Below, one piece after another: positions 51,881-61,426 of a DNA stretch of 64,000 nucleotides. Within the stretch, counting starts at the first letter, position 1; every line of letters starts with the position of its first letter. The notes under the pieces are model-generated. The model was given only the letters and a program-made list of their open reading frames with translations, searched no databases and was not told the DNA's origin. The DNA is taken from positions 1,760,001 to 1,824,000 of the forward strand of contig OZ244170.1 of assembly GCA_965216565.1 (NCBI GenBank). Direction: 5' to 3'. Source of the stretch: Bythopirellula sp. GTDB taxonomy: Bacteria; Planctomycetota; Planctomycetia; Pirellulales; Lacipirellulaceae. Position numbers and translations under genes: made by a program.

Positions 51881-52221
51881 TCGCAGAACCTCAATCTAGT
51901 GTTAGAGTTACCGCGAGACACAGGTGATCAGGCGGATGTACCGAACCGAGGTAGGAGGGCGTTCGGCGCTGCATTGCCCAGGGGAGAAGGTCGTCGGGCC
52001 GCGGACTCCTATATTTATCGTAGGCAGAGACGAGAACTTGCGTCCAACAATTGGCTTAAATGGTTATTTTGAAACAACTTACGAATTAGACACCATCCCT
52101 TCCAGTGGGGGGTTTGGTGGGATTATTAGGGCTCAATCCGTTCTGAGCCTATAACCCAGGCTCCAGAAAACACCTCACCTAAGCGGCCTGCCCTAATTAA
52201 CTACGAGAGATTCGTGCAACT

Positions 52222-52458
52222 GTGAACGTAACTCTATACACAAGAGAAGGTTGCCACCTTTGCGACGATGCGTACAAGACACTCATTGATTTTGGTTTGC
52301 AGCCAACCTTGGTGGACATAGATAAGGACAACGTCTTGCGTGAGCAATTTAACGAGTGTGTGCCTGTCGTAGAGATTGATGGGAAAGTCCGTTTCCGGGG
52401 TCGGGTGCAACCGATTCTCTTGAGACGACTTCTGGCAAACCAGAACTCTGACATTTAG
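52222..52458 (+). CDS. Glutaredoxin-like protein (DUF836 type)
   Basis: VTLYTREGCHLCD and VPVVEIDG. Confidence 0.85.
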   Translation: MNVTLYTREGCHLCDDAYKTLIDFGLQPTLVDIDKDNVLREQFNECVPVVEIDGKVRFRGRVQPILLRRLLANQNSDI

Positions 52459-52497
52459 ACCACTGTTAGGTAACGGCCGAAAGGGCGATAAGAATCT

Positions 52498-53175
52498 ATG
52501 GGGGAACAGCATCTCGGAGTATTTGCCAAATATTGGGAGCCTGGTCAGGTGAAGACGCGGCTTGCTTCATCAATCGGCAAAAAGAAGGCAGCTCTCATAT
52601 ATCGGTCATTTGTCGAGACGACGATCTCCCGGCTATCAACACTTGGCGACCAACGGGTATTGGCATTTACTCCTCAAGAGCAGTCTGTACAAGCAACATT
52701 CAACTCCATCGGAGGTACAGCCTGGCAAGCAGTTCCTCAATCGGACGGCGATCTGGGAAATCGAATGAGGGAATTTCTCACCAGTCGGCTTCATCATGGT
52801 GCCCGCTCCGCCATTCTAGTTGGGACTGATAGCCCCAATCTGCCACTGTCGCTAGTAGAACAATCGTTTCAAAAACTAGACGAGCATGGCGTGGTATTGG
52901 GCCCCACCGAAGATGGTGGCTATTACCTGGTGGGAATTTCAGGCATGGTTCCCCCGATCTTTGAGTCGATTCCTTGGAGCACGACCGATGTGTGGCAGGC
53001 TACAATCAACCGACTAGAAGACGCCGGCATCCGCTACACAACGCTCGAACCCTGGTACGACGTCGACAATGCAGTAGATCTCGATCGACTTCTGTCTGAT
53101 TTGGCAAACTTAGAGAACAGCGATCCAGCTCTGCGGTGCCTGGAAGACCAACTTAAAAAGATCTTAGCGGAATGA
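52498..53175 (+). CDS. DUF2064 / TIGR04282-type glycosyltransferase-fold protein
   Basis: Motifs PGQVKTRL, QSDGDLGNRM, GTDSP, LGPTEDGGYYLVG and WYDVD. Confidence 0.85.
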   Translation: MGEQHLGVFAKYWEPGQVKTRLASSIGKKKAALIYRSFVETTISRLSTLGDQRVLAFTPQEQSVQATFNSIGGTAWQAVPQSDGDLGNRMREFLTSRLHHGARSAILVGTDSPNLPLSLVEQSFQKLDEHGVVLGPTEDGGYYLVGISGMVPPIFESIPWSTTDVWQATINRLEDAGIRYTTLEPWYDVDNAVDLDRLLSDLANLENSDPALRCLEDQLKKILAE

Positions 53176-54308
53176 GTACATCCCTTCCCAAAACATTCGA
53201 CGTGCTGGTCATCGGCGGAGGCGTAATCGGACTTTCGACTGCCTGGCAGCTTTCCAAAGATGGCGCAACAGTTTGTGTAGTCGACCAGGGAGAAATGGGT
53301 AGAGAAGCATCCTGGGCAGGAGCAGGCATGGTCCCTCCCGGACCAGCGCGGCAACACTGGCACTCGGCAACAGCGTTAGAGCAACTAGCAGGACTCAGCA
53401 GTAAACTTCATTCTGAGTGGAGCGAATTGTTGCATACCGACACAGGTATCGAAAACGAGTATCGCCGGTGCGGTTCAATTCGTCTGGCCCTCTCTGATGA
53501 AGAGAAACTAGCGCTTGCCGATCAAGTTCAACGCTGGACGACCCTCGGGATAGAGTGCACGAAGATTAGCCGCAAGATTCTAAATGACATAGAACCACCG
53601 CTAGTGGCTCTGGATACTCAAGGTGCTCAAGCGGTCCTACTACCAGACGAGGCACAGATCGATAACCGCAAGCATTTGCTAGCGCTAGCCGAGGCATGCC
53701 GTGGTCGGGGCGTTACATTGATGGCCAACAGTGGGATTGAGAGTTTTACTAGCGGGGAGCGCAGAATCTCTGCGGCACAATCTGCGGGGACTGAAATCAG
53801 TGCGGACCAGTACTACATCACTGCGGGAGCTTGGTCGGGCAACTTGGCAGAAGCGCTCGGAATTTCGGTCAATATGAAACCGATTCGAGGGCAGATTGTG
53901 TTACTAGATGGCCCTCCCAACTTATTGAAACGCAATATCTACTCGGGCAACAACTATCTGACCCCCAGACGAGACGGTCGGATCCTAGTAGGTTCCACGA
54001 TGGAGGATGTTGGCTTTCACAAAGAAAATACTCCCCAAGCTCTCGAAGCCCTGCTTAAGTTTGCGCATAGCCTCGCGCCCTCGTTGGATAATCTTTCAAT
54101 CGAAGACTCCTGGTCGGGCCTCCGTCCGGCGACGTCCGACGGCCTACCTTTGATGGGTCGTATTCTGGGTTTAGAAAACGTGTGGATTGCTACAGGTCAT
54201 TTGCGGGCGGGGCTCCAGCTTTCCCCCGCAACGGCCGTCGTGATGAGTTCGCTTATCCGCGGCGAGCAACCGGAAATTGACGTGAGCAGTCTGAGCGTCG
54301 ATCGCTAG
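53172..54308 (+). CDS. thiO: Glycine oxidase / FAD-dependent oxidoreductase (ThiO-like)
   Basis: Motifs IGGGVIG, ASWAGAGM, PIRGQ, WSGLRP and TGHLRAG. No other thi genes are adjacent. Confidence 0.7.
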   Translation: MSTSLPKTFDVLVIGGGVIGLSTAWQLSKDGATVCVVDQGEMGREASWAGAGMVPPGPARQHWHSATALEQLAGLSSKLHSEWSELLHTDTGIENEYRRCGSIRLALSDEEKLALADQVQRWTTLGIECTKISRKILNDIEPPLVALDTQGAQAVLLPDEAQIDNRKHLLALAEACRGRGVTLMANSGIESFTSGERRISAAQSAGTEISADQYYITAGAWSGNLAEALGISVNMKPIRGQIVLLDGPPNLLKRNIYSGNNYLTPRRDGRILVGSTMEDVGFHKENTPQALEALLKFAHSLAPSLDNLSIEDSWSGLRPATSDGLPLMGRILGLENVWIATGHLRAGLQLSPATAVVMSSLIRGEQPEIDVSSLSVDR

Positions 54309-54328
54309 GTCAACTCCACGCAGAACGC

Positions 54329-54913
54329 TTAGTGTGTCTTGCTCCCTTGATCAGCATGACGCCAGGCGTGTCGCGCAATCGAACCAAAAGTGCTTGCTAA
54401 GAAAGCGAGCCAGGCACCAAGCACACCGCTGGAAAGAGCCCCAACAATCCACCCACCCCAACCAGCGCTCGTCCCAAATACCAATGCCAGACCGACGATG
54501 CCACCAGCCAGACCTAGGAGCGAACCACCAACGACAAACCAAAAGGTCCATTGCGCGATGCGATCGGACCTTGCCAATGGTGTGCTTGGTGGCAAGGACG
54601 ACTTTACTTCGGCCAAAGGACGCGTTGTAATCCGAGGAATTTCATGCTGATGGCCAGGTTGAGTAAGAAGCCATTGGTCCACGTCTTCTGAGGAATCCTT
54701 GAGCCTGGTTCCGATCAAATTACCAAGTACGTGTGCTCCTACTAGCAAGACTCCCCCACAAATTACCAACGGCCAAGGGCCTTGGGTCGCCACCATCGCA
54801 GCACAGAAAATGCTGACTAGCGTTACCACTAAAAACAAATGCCGCAGGTGAAATCGAAGAAGTTGCGGTTCCGGACGGGCAGGGGGCCCGGCTTTGGTTG
54901 ATTCGATGCTCAT
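54329..54913 (-). CDS. Hypothetical membrane protein (four TM)
   Basis: N-terminal LRFHLRHLFLVVTL and four hydrophobic segments. Confidence 0.65.
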   Translation of the reverse strand: MSIESTKAGPPARPEPQLLRFHLRHLFLVVTLVSIFCAAMVATQGPWPLVICGGVLLVGAHVLGNLIGTRLKDSSEDVDQWLLTQPGHQHEIPRITTRPLAEVKSSLPPSTPLARSDRIAQWTFWFVVGGSLLGLAGGIVGLALVFGTSAGWGGWIVGALSSGVLGAWLAFLASTFGSIARHAWRHADQGSKTH

Positions 54914-55220
54914 AGCACTTGCATTATCTTTTGATCATTGGCTGCGGACAAGCGGAACTCTTCTTACTTGTTCAATCGGCCTTCGCCATTCAATAGGCCT
55001 TCACTGTTGAAGTATCAAGAGGACAGGTCGAAATCGTTCAACTCGCTGACACTCCGCCCAGTGAGCACGATATCCCCATAAATATCGTCGCTGCAGGTCT
55101 AATCCTCACAATACGAACCGCCTATCGCCCGTTCTTTTTGCCAGTCACCCACTCCTGTTTACGAAGTGGAACTTATCCTTGAGAAACATTCATTCCGGCA
55201 AAATTACTCAGGACACCTCC

Positions 55221-56384
55221 ATGAGCACGGCGCAGCTACCCGAAGATAGCCACCACGACGTTGACCTAGACGAACTCGCCAGCGGCAATTCGCATTCCGG
55301 TACTGCGATGCTCGAAGCAGGCGTGGATTTGCACGAGTCCGATGCCGGTCCGCGCTGCGAGAAGTGTGACGCTATCATCAAGACGAACGATACGCTCGCC
55401 TGCCGATCTTGTGGTTGGTACGCCAGCATTGGTAGTTACGTTGAGATCGACCAAAGCTGGGAAGCCCAGTGCGATCCCGATTCAGAAACGAATACGGAGG
55501 AAGAAGAGCCGTTCTCAATTCCGCAATGGGTAACTATTCTTTCCGTAGTAGTGGTCGCTGTGATTGGATTGAATATTGCCGTTCACGTCACCATGCCGTC
55601 AGTCAGTGCAGCCCGAACCAATTGGTCGCTCACCCAACTTAGCTTTGGCGGTTTCATCTTTACTGTGTGCCATTTCGTTTGCTTCTCGAAGCTTTTGTCC
55701 GCGAAGGCTGACACAGGCATGATGGATATGGTTCTCTCACCTTTCAAATGTTGGCGGGAGATGTTCGATCATCTCCCTTCAGGACAGTGGATGGCCCAGG
55801 GTGCCGCAGGTGGGCTTACAGCTGCGGCGATGTCGATACTGTTGACTGGCGGGATTCCTTACGAACGACTTTGGGATTGGGGCTTTGAAAAGCCACCCGA
55901 GCAAAACCTGATGGCCGCCGTGATGTCGCAAGCCCAGCGCATCGAAGGTGATGAGAAGGGGCTGGAAGAAGCAGTCGAAGACTTTGCCGGCTCGCAAAGT
56001 TTGGACGATTTAGAGAACGAGGGAATGGAGGAAACTCCCGCTGTCGATCCCCGGCAAACGATCGAGGGAGTTATCCTTGGATATCGCACCAACGAAGAAG
56101 GCCTTGCCACCACTCTCCTAGTGGGTGTGGAACACAAAGGCGCACTAGTCTATGCAGGTCGAGTCTTTCCGGAGATTCCCGACGAGGAGTTGGTCGAACT
56201 GACTACACAACTTGGCGCTTGGAAATCGAGTGTGCCGTTTGTCACCACCGACGAATCAGGTGTCGTCTGGGTGTTGCCCAAGCAAGTTTGTATAGTCAGC
56301 TACCAACGTCAAGGTTCCGGTGGCTGGCTCTACGAAGCAAAATTCGAAAAGCTCACCGGCGTAATGGATCTTTCAGGGAAATAG
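55221..56384 (+). CDS. Zn-ribbon + multi-TM + ATP-dependent DNA ligase C-terminal (OB-fold)-like protein
   Basis: CEKC...CRSCGW, three to four TM segments, then EGVILGY..LLVG...LVYAGRV...PF...VWVLPKQVCIVSY...GWLYEAKF. Confidence 0.7.
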   Translation: MSTAQLPEDSHHDVDLDELASGNSHSGTAMLEAGVDLHESDAGPRCEKCDAIIKTNDTLACRSCGWYASIGSYVEIDQSWEAQCDPDSETNTEEEEPFSIPQWVTILSVVVVAVIGLNIAVHVTMPSVSAARTNWSLTQLSFGGFIFTVCHFVCFSKLLSAKADTGMMDMVLSPFKCWREMFDHLPSGQWMAQGAAGGLTAAAMSILLTGGIPYERLWDWGFEKPPEQNLMAAVMSQAQRIEGDEKGLEEAVEDFAGSQSLDDLENEGMEETPAVDPRQTIEGVILGYRTNEEGLATTLLVGVEHKGALVYAGRVFPEIPDEELVELTTQLGAWKSSVPFVTTDESGVVWVLPKQVCIVSYQRQGSGGWLYEAKFEKLTGVMDLSGK

Positions 56385-56398
56385 CCACTTCGCTTCTC

Positions 56399-56533
56399 TA
56401 GAATCTGTTTCAATAACCGAAAACAGTTCTATGTGAGCCGACGGCGCTAGCCGCGGGTAGCGGAATTCTGGATGTCCTTCTGATTCTACCCGACGCTAGC
56501 GCGTTCGGCTCATTGGTTTTGAAACAGCCTCTA
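56399..56533. repeat. REP doublet nested in a second imperfect inverted repeat (MITE-like)
   Basis: Inner arms 56434-56460 and 56486-56512 (same family as 24068). Outer arms TAGAATCTGTTTCAATAACC and GGTTTTGAAACAGCCTCTA. Confidence 0.8.
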
Positions 56534-58465
56534 CAGTATTTTCTCAACCCGCACGGGTCGATCGGCAATCAAATTGCCGCGATCCGCAGCAGGCTGAGAG
56601 AGAATAACGTAATCTCCTTGGTCGTGCGCTTTGCCACAGGCGATTGACAAAGAACGAAAACCTCCAAGCCACCAGCGATGGTCACTCACATGGAGTAAAT
56701 CGCCCGGCTCAATGGCTAGCGACTCCATGACTACCCCTGGCAAGCGAATTTCCTCCTGCTCAGCCGCATGTATTCGCGTCTGCAAAACTTGGGAGTGCCC
56801 GATATTTTGATAGTTGGGTTCCCCGCCTTTGAACTGGCGAATCGCTTCCTGCAGCGAGCACAGTTCTAAGCCTGGAGTTGAAATGTTTTTGCTTGTCTTA
56901 TCAAACATCGAGATAGCGATTGCCGGGATGAGTGATGCCACCAGACCGAACAGGGCTCGAATGTAGCCATAGCCTTCGTCCGCTGGAATCCCATGTGCGA
57001 AGGGAGTTATTAGCTGAGGGAACGCAATAGAAATCAACAGTGCGACGAATCCAATCAGAACCGACCAGAATGCCGCTCGACTTGTCATCCCCCTCCATAC
57101 GACTCCTAAGACAATCACAACAACCAGCGGTGGCGCCACGGTGCTGGTAAATGCAGAGAGCGCTTGGTAGATCGACGTGAACCTGGTGAACAAAGGCAAC
57201 AGTGCCACTCCCAGCGCGGCCGACCCGATGGCGGTGAATTTGGCAACTTTCAGATAATGCTTGTCGGGTTGATTTGGCCTCAACGTCCGCCACACATCAT
57301 TCACGGCAACCGCGGACACCGCTGTAATTAGCGTGTCGAGTGTGCTCATGAGCGCTGAGACAACCGCGGCAATCACGAGACCGAAAAAGCCTGGGGGACA
57401 AACTCGGTTGCTTACTTCGACAAATATGTTTTTCGATAATTGATCCTCGGCCGAAAGCCGTACATCGCCATGCTTGTCGACGAGATCGGTGTACCCCAGT
57501 TCCTCCGCATCCATTTCACCTTTTTCAACGAGGGCACGACCAATCCAACCAGCATTGCTGACTGAAATCGCAGCCAAGGGCATCATCACAATCACCACCG
57601 CCAGCATTGCCTTGCGACCGTCACGGACGGACCGCGCGGAAAGAAACCGCATCAAGATGCCTTGATTGATGAAATAGAATGCAAATGTCCCCACGATCGC
57701 ATCATTCCAATAGTCACCTACAAAGTTCAACTGCGCCGAATCGTTAAAGGGCGCAAACGGTAGAGTATTTTCCTGGGGCAGATTACTCCAGAGTTCCGAA
57801 AAGCCACCCAGCTCCCACAAGCCAAGTGCAAGAATTCCAAATCCGACGCCTAACAAAAGCAATCCTTGCATCAGGTCGGTCATTAAGACGGATGTCTGTC
57901 CGCCCGAATGAAGATAGAGCCCAGAGAGAATTGCCATCGTCGCCGCGGTGACAACAATATTCCAGCCGAACAGACCATTGAAGAATGTTCCGATCGTGTA
58001 GAGATTGATCGCCACGTAGCCTTCCAAGTACAGCAGCATCAATGCCATGACCAGCAGTCGTGTGCGACGATCGAAACGAAGCTCAAAGTACTCTGGGATC
58101 GATTGAATTCGGTTGTAGTAAACGATTGGCAACCAACCGAGCAGAAACAGCGGGAGCACGAACCAATCGTTGGTATAGGGCAACATTCCACAGAAGCCAA
58201 AGCGGTAGCCAGTCTGCGCGTACTGTATAAAGCTGTACGATCCCACCAAAGTCGCTACACAGCTGATGGCCACTAGCCACCAACTAAAACGCCTGCCTGC
58301 AAAGAAGAAGTCGTCCGTGTTCTTCGTAAATTTCCCAAACCACATCCCCACCAGAACGATGGCAGCCAAATAGGCGACTAGTACCAGCCAATCGGGCCAA
58401 CCCATATTCGCCGCTGCAATCAGTTTCGACGCATGGCCACTCACCCACTCTAACTCCCGGAACAT
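56531..58465 (-). CDS. Sodium:solute symporter with extra C-terminal soluble domain
   Basis: Motifs FFFAGR, SIPEYFELRF, GGQTSVLMTD, NQGILMRFLSA and SALMSTLDT. Confidence 0.9.
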   Translation of the reverse strand: MFRELEWVSGHASKLIAAANMGWPDWLVLVAYLAAIVLVGMWFGKFTKNTDDFFFAGRRFSWWLVAISCVATLVGSYSFIQYAQTGYRFGFCGMLPYTNDWFVLPLFLLGWLPIVYYNRIQSIPEYFELRFDRRTRLLVMALMLLYLEGYVAINLYTIGTFFNGLFGWNIVVTAATMAILSGLYLHSGGQTSVLMTDLMQGLLLLGVGFGILALGLWELGGFSELWSNLPQENTLPFAPFNDSAQLNFVGDYWNDAIVGTFAFYFINQGILMRFLSARSVRDGRKAMLAVVIVMMPLAAISVSNAGWIGRALVEKGEMDAEELGYTDLVDKHGDVRLSAEDQLSKNIFVEVSNRVCPPGFFGLVIAAVVSALMSTLDTLITAVSAVAVNDVWRTLRPNQPDKHYLKVAKFTAIGSAALGVALLPLFTRFTSIYQALSAFTSTVAPPLVVVIVLGVVWRGMTSRAAFWSVLIGFVALLISIAFPQLITPFAHGIPADEGYGYIRALFGLVASLIPAIAISMFDKTSKNISTPGLELCSLQEAIRQFKGGEPNYQNIGHSQVLQTRIHAAEQEEIRLPGVVMESLAIEPGDLLHVSDHRWWLGGFRSLSIACGKAHDQGDYVILSQPAADRGNLIADRPVRVEKIL

Positions 58466-58493
58466 ACATGGGTCCTTTTCCTGGAAAGACGGG

Positions 58494-58694
58494 TCACTGA
58501 CTAGCCCAGTGAATCCAGACAGCGTGGACGATGGAAACTGATACTGTGCTCAACATGAGTACGATTAACAATCGCCGATCAGTCCATAAAGACCATTGCG
58601 CGGCTCCCGACTTTAAAACTGCAAATATACTAGCGACAACAAGGGAGAATCCTACCGCGTAGAAATACAACCAGCATAACCAAGGGTCAGTCAT
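58494..58694 (-). CDS. Small two-TM membrane protein preceding the symporter (possible accessory subunit)
   Basis: Two hydrophobic helices, 28 nt upstream of the SSS gene on the same strand. Confidence 0.6.
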   Translation of the reverse strand: MTDPWLCWLYFYAVGFSLVVASIFAVLKSGAAQWSLWTDRRLLIVLMLSTVSVSIVHAVWIHWASQ

Positions 58695-58874
58695 AGAGTT
58701 GACCGTAGATAAGATAAGCTAATGTAAAAGGTGTAGCTTGCTGCACTCCTGGCACCAAGCTTTCCTTAGCATCATAGCAATGAGAACATACTCAGGATAG
58801 ACTTAGTCAACAGCAGGACCTAAATGCCCTAACGGGTTTTTACCAAGCCAATTTAACAGTTTCGTCGGACTTCC

Positions 58875-60059
58875 ATGAATCGATATGTGCAGCAGATTCC
58901 GCCGCGCTGGTGGGAACCGAAACTCAGCCCCTTCTTTATTCGTTGCTGGAAACCGCTTCGTCGGCGGAAACAGTTCCGCGAACAGCAGCTTATGGACGTC
59001 GAAGTACGGAATCTCGATCATTTGCAGACCGCCACTGAAGCGGGGCAGGGGGTTCTCATTGCTCCCAACCATTCCGGCCATGCCGATGCCTACATCATGT
59101 ACGAAGCCGCCGACCAACTTGGCGCACCTTTCTATTTCATGACAGCCTGGCAAGTGTTCCAGCAGGTGAACGCCTTTGGCAAACTCATGCTGCAACATCA
59201 TGGCTGCTTTAGCATCGATCGCGAGGGAACCGACCTCAAGGCCTTCCGTCAGGCAGTCGACGTTCTTCAAGAAGGCCAGTACCCGCTAGTGATCTTTCCC
59301 GAGGGCGAAGTCTACCACACCAACGATCGCATCACACCGTTCCGCGAAGGCGCGGCCGCCGCCGCGATCTCTGGAGCTCGCAAGTCGAAACAACCCGTGC
59401 TTTGCGTTCCCTGCGGCATTAAATACCAATACCTCAATGATCCGACTGAAAACCTACTTCAGTTGATGGGTAAATTGGAACGAGAGATTTTCTGGCGGCC
59501 TCGCACAGAGCTACCCCTCCCCGAACGCATTTACCGCTTTGCCGAAGGTGCGATGGCGTTGAAAGAAGTCGAGTACCTGGGCCGAACGTCCTCCGGCCCA
59601 CTCTCAGAGAGAACCACTGCGCTAGCCGATCACATATTGCTAGGCCTCGAACAGCGATACGAATGCTCAGCAGACGAAAAGACGATCCCCGAACGCGTGA
59701 AAGATCTCCGCCGCCATGCCGTCGTCCAGCTCAGCGAACTCCCGGAAGGGGACGCCGCACGACAATCGTTTGAAAACGACCTCGATGATTTGTTTCTGGT
59801 CGTCCAGCTCTTCAGCTATCCCGGCGATTACGTGGAAGAGAATCCCACCGTCGAACGCATGGCCGAAACGCTCGACAAATTCGAAGAAGACGTCCTCGGT
59901 TCCTATTCAGCAACCATCCGCGGCCCAAGAAAAGCCGTCGTCAGTTTCGGCGAACCTATAGAGGTGGCACCGGAGAGAAAATCCAAGTCAGCCATCCCCG
60001 ACCTCACCCAAACCCTGGAACAGGCAGTTCAGTCAGAGTTAGATGGTTTGACAATGTAA
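58875..60059 (+). CDS. Lysophospholipid/glycerol acyltransferase (PlsC family) with C-terminal extension
   Basis: Motifs NHSGHAD (HX4D), FSIDR and IFPEG. Confidence 0.88.
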   Translation: MNRYVQQIPPRWWEPKLSPFFIRCWKPLRRRKQFREQQLMDVEVRNLDHLQTATEAGQGVLIAPNHSGHADAYIMYEAADQLGAPFYFMTAWQVFQQVNAFGKLMLQHHGCFSIDREGTDLKAFRQAVDVLQEGQYPLVIFPEGEVYHTNDRITPFREGAAAAAISGARKSKQPVLCVPCGIKYQYLNDPTENLLQLMGKLEREIFWRPRTELPLPERIYRFAEGAMALKEVEYLGRTSSGPLSERTTALADHILLGLEQRYECSADEKTIPERVKDLRRHAVVQLSELPEGDAARQSFENDLDDLFLVVQLFSYPGDYVEENPTVERMAETLDKFEEDVLGSYSATIRGPRKAVVSFGEPIEVAPERKSKSAIPDLTQTLEQAVQSELDGLTM

Positions 60060-60174
60060 CGAGTTCGAAACGGGGCGTTGCCAACGATCTGCAAAAAAGC
60101 GGACTGGCCCGACACGGCGATTGTTGGTTCTCCGTGTGCACGTAGCGTCGTCGTGCCTATTACCCTTTATTGAG

Positions 60175-60248
<74 letters not shown>

Positions 60249-60304
60249 GTGTCTCTAATAGTGTACCGGGAGCAGCGGACAGGGGGCAGGGGAGGGCTGG
60301 GGTA

Positions 60305-60435
60305 GAAGTTTGAAGTTTGAGTGTTGAAGGATCCGTATTCTCATTTATCAACAAGGCAATCATGGGTTGAGAAAGATCCAGAGGGGACGCAGCACCCCCA
60401 GAAGTTCAAACTTCAACACTCAAACCTCCCACTTC
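60305..60435. repeat. Inverted heptamer arrays (GTTTGAA-type)
   Basis: GAAGTTTGAAGTTTGAGTGTTGAAG versus TTCAAACTTCAACACTCAAAC, with a 15-bp perfect core at 60315-29 and 60411-25. Confidence 0.75.
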
Positions 60436-60436
60436 C

Positions 60437-61150
60437 CTAGGGGCTGCGGAACACGCTGAGGGAGAGGAGGTGGTTGCTACGATCGGGGCCCGAGGGAATT
60501 TCGATCACTTGGCTGAGATACCCGATCTCGGTGCGCCACCGGCTATCGGGATCAGTCTTGTAGCTCAGGCCGACGAAAGCGCGATTCTGATCGAAACCGC
60601 TCTCCGCACCCCAGTCGGTATCATTGAGATGGTAAAACACTTCGTTCCACCCCACGAGCGCTAGATGAGGATGGTCGGGTAGATTGTGCTGCAGACGGAA
60701 GAGTTGTCGAAACCGTAAGCCCGTGTCGCTTCCCGTATCGAGCAGGCGTTGTTCGAATCGGGTTCGCGCACCAAAATTTACCACTTCGCCCGGTTTCGAC
60801 CACGTCCACTGCTGCCAGGGGCGGTGCTCGTCGAAGTCGGGTCCCCCAAAGGGCGAAGTTCGCACCCACACATAGCCGGCCCACAGAGTGGATCGCTCAC
60901 TAATTGCCCAACCTAATCCCGGACGCACGAGGCTTTGGTTGAAACCGTCGGCATCTTCCAAAAACCGCAACTGCCCGTCGAACCACCATCTCAGCTTATC
61001 GGATTGCCAGCCAATTTTTTCAAAATTGCCTTGCGCGACGAACACATTCCACATACCAGCATCGTGCACTGTCTGGGCGTCTAAGCGATTGACCGCAATC
61101 GAACCCAAGCAGACAAGAATCAGGCAAATCTGTACATACAGTCGTGGCAT
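60437..61150 (-). CDS. DUF2490-type outer-membrane beta-barrel protein
   Basis: Signal peptide, alternating beta strands, EHRPWQQ, RTRFEQR and GFDQNRAFVG. Confidence 0.8.
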   Translation of the reverse strand: MPRLYVQICLILVCLGSIAVNRLDAQTVHDAGMWNVFVAQGNFEKIGWQSDKLRWWFDGQLRFLEDADGFNQSLVRPGLGWAISERSTLWAGYVWVRTSPFGGPDFDEHRPWQQWTWSKPGEVVNFGARTRFEQRLLDTGSDTGLRFRQLFRLQHNLPDHPHLALVGWNEVFYHLNDTDWGAESGFDQNRAFVGLSYKTDPDSRWRTEIGYLSQVIEIPSGPDRSNHLLSLSVFRSP

Positions 61151-61426
61151 GGGATTGCGAGTTGTATGGGAACAAGGGTTAGTCACATTACGTAGCCATC
61201 GGTGACCGGCCGAGAAGGCTTTAATGATTCCGAACCGGCCGTTAGAGTCACACAGCCTGTGGGCTTAAATGCAGGCGAATTGTGTCATTTGGCGTGGGCG
61301 GCCCACTGGCCGTATTCGACTTGCCCGACAACGGAGTTTCAGAGTTACCCCGCTCTGGTTAAAATGTCTTTCGGTGGATCAGACGAATCGCGGCCGCCCC
61401 CATTGCCTCATAGATTTACCCTAAGC

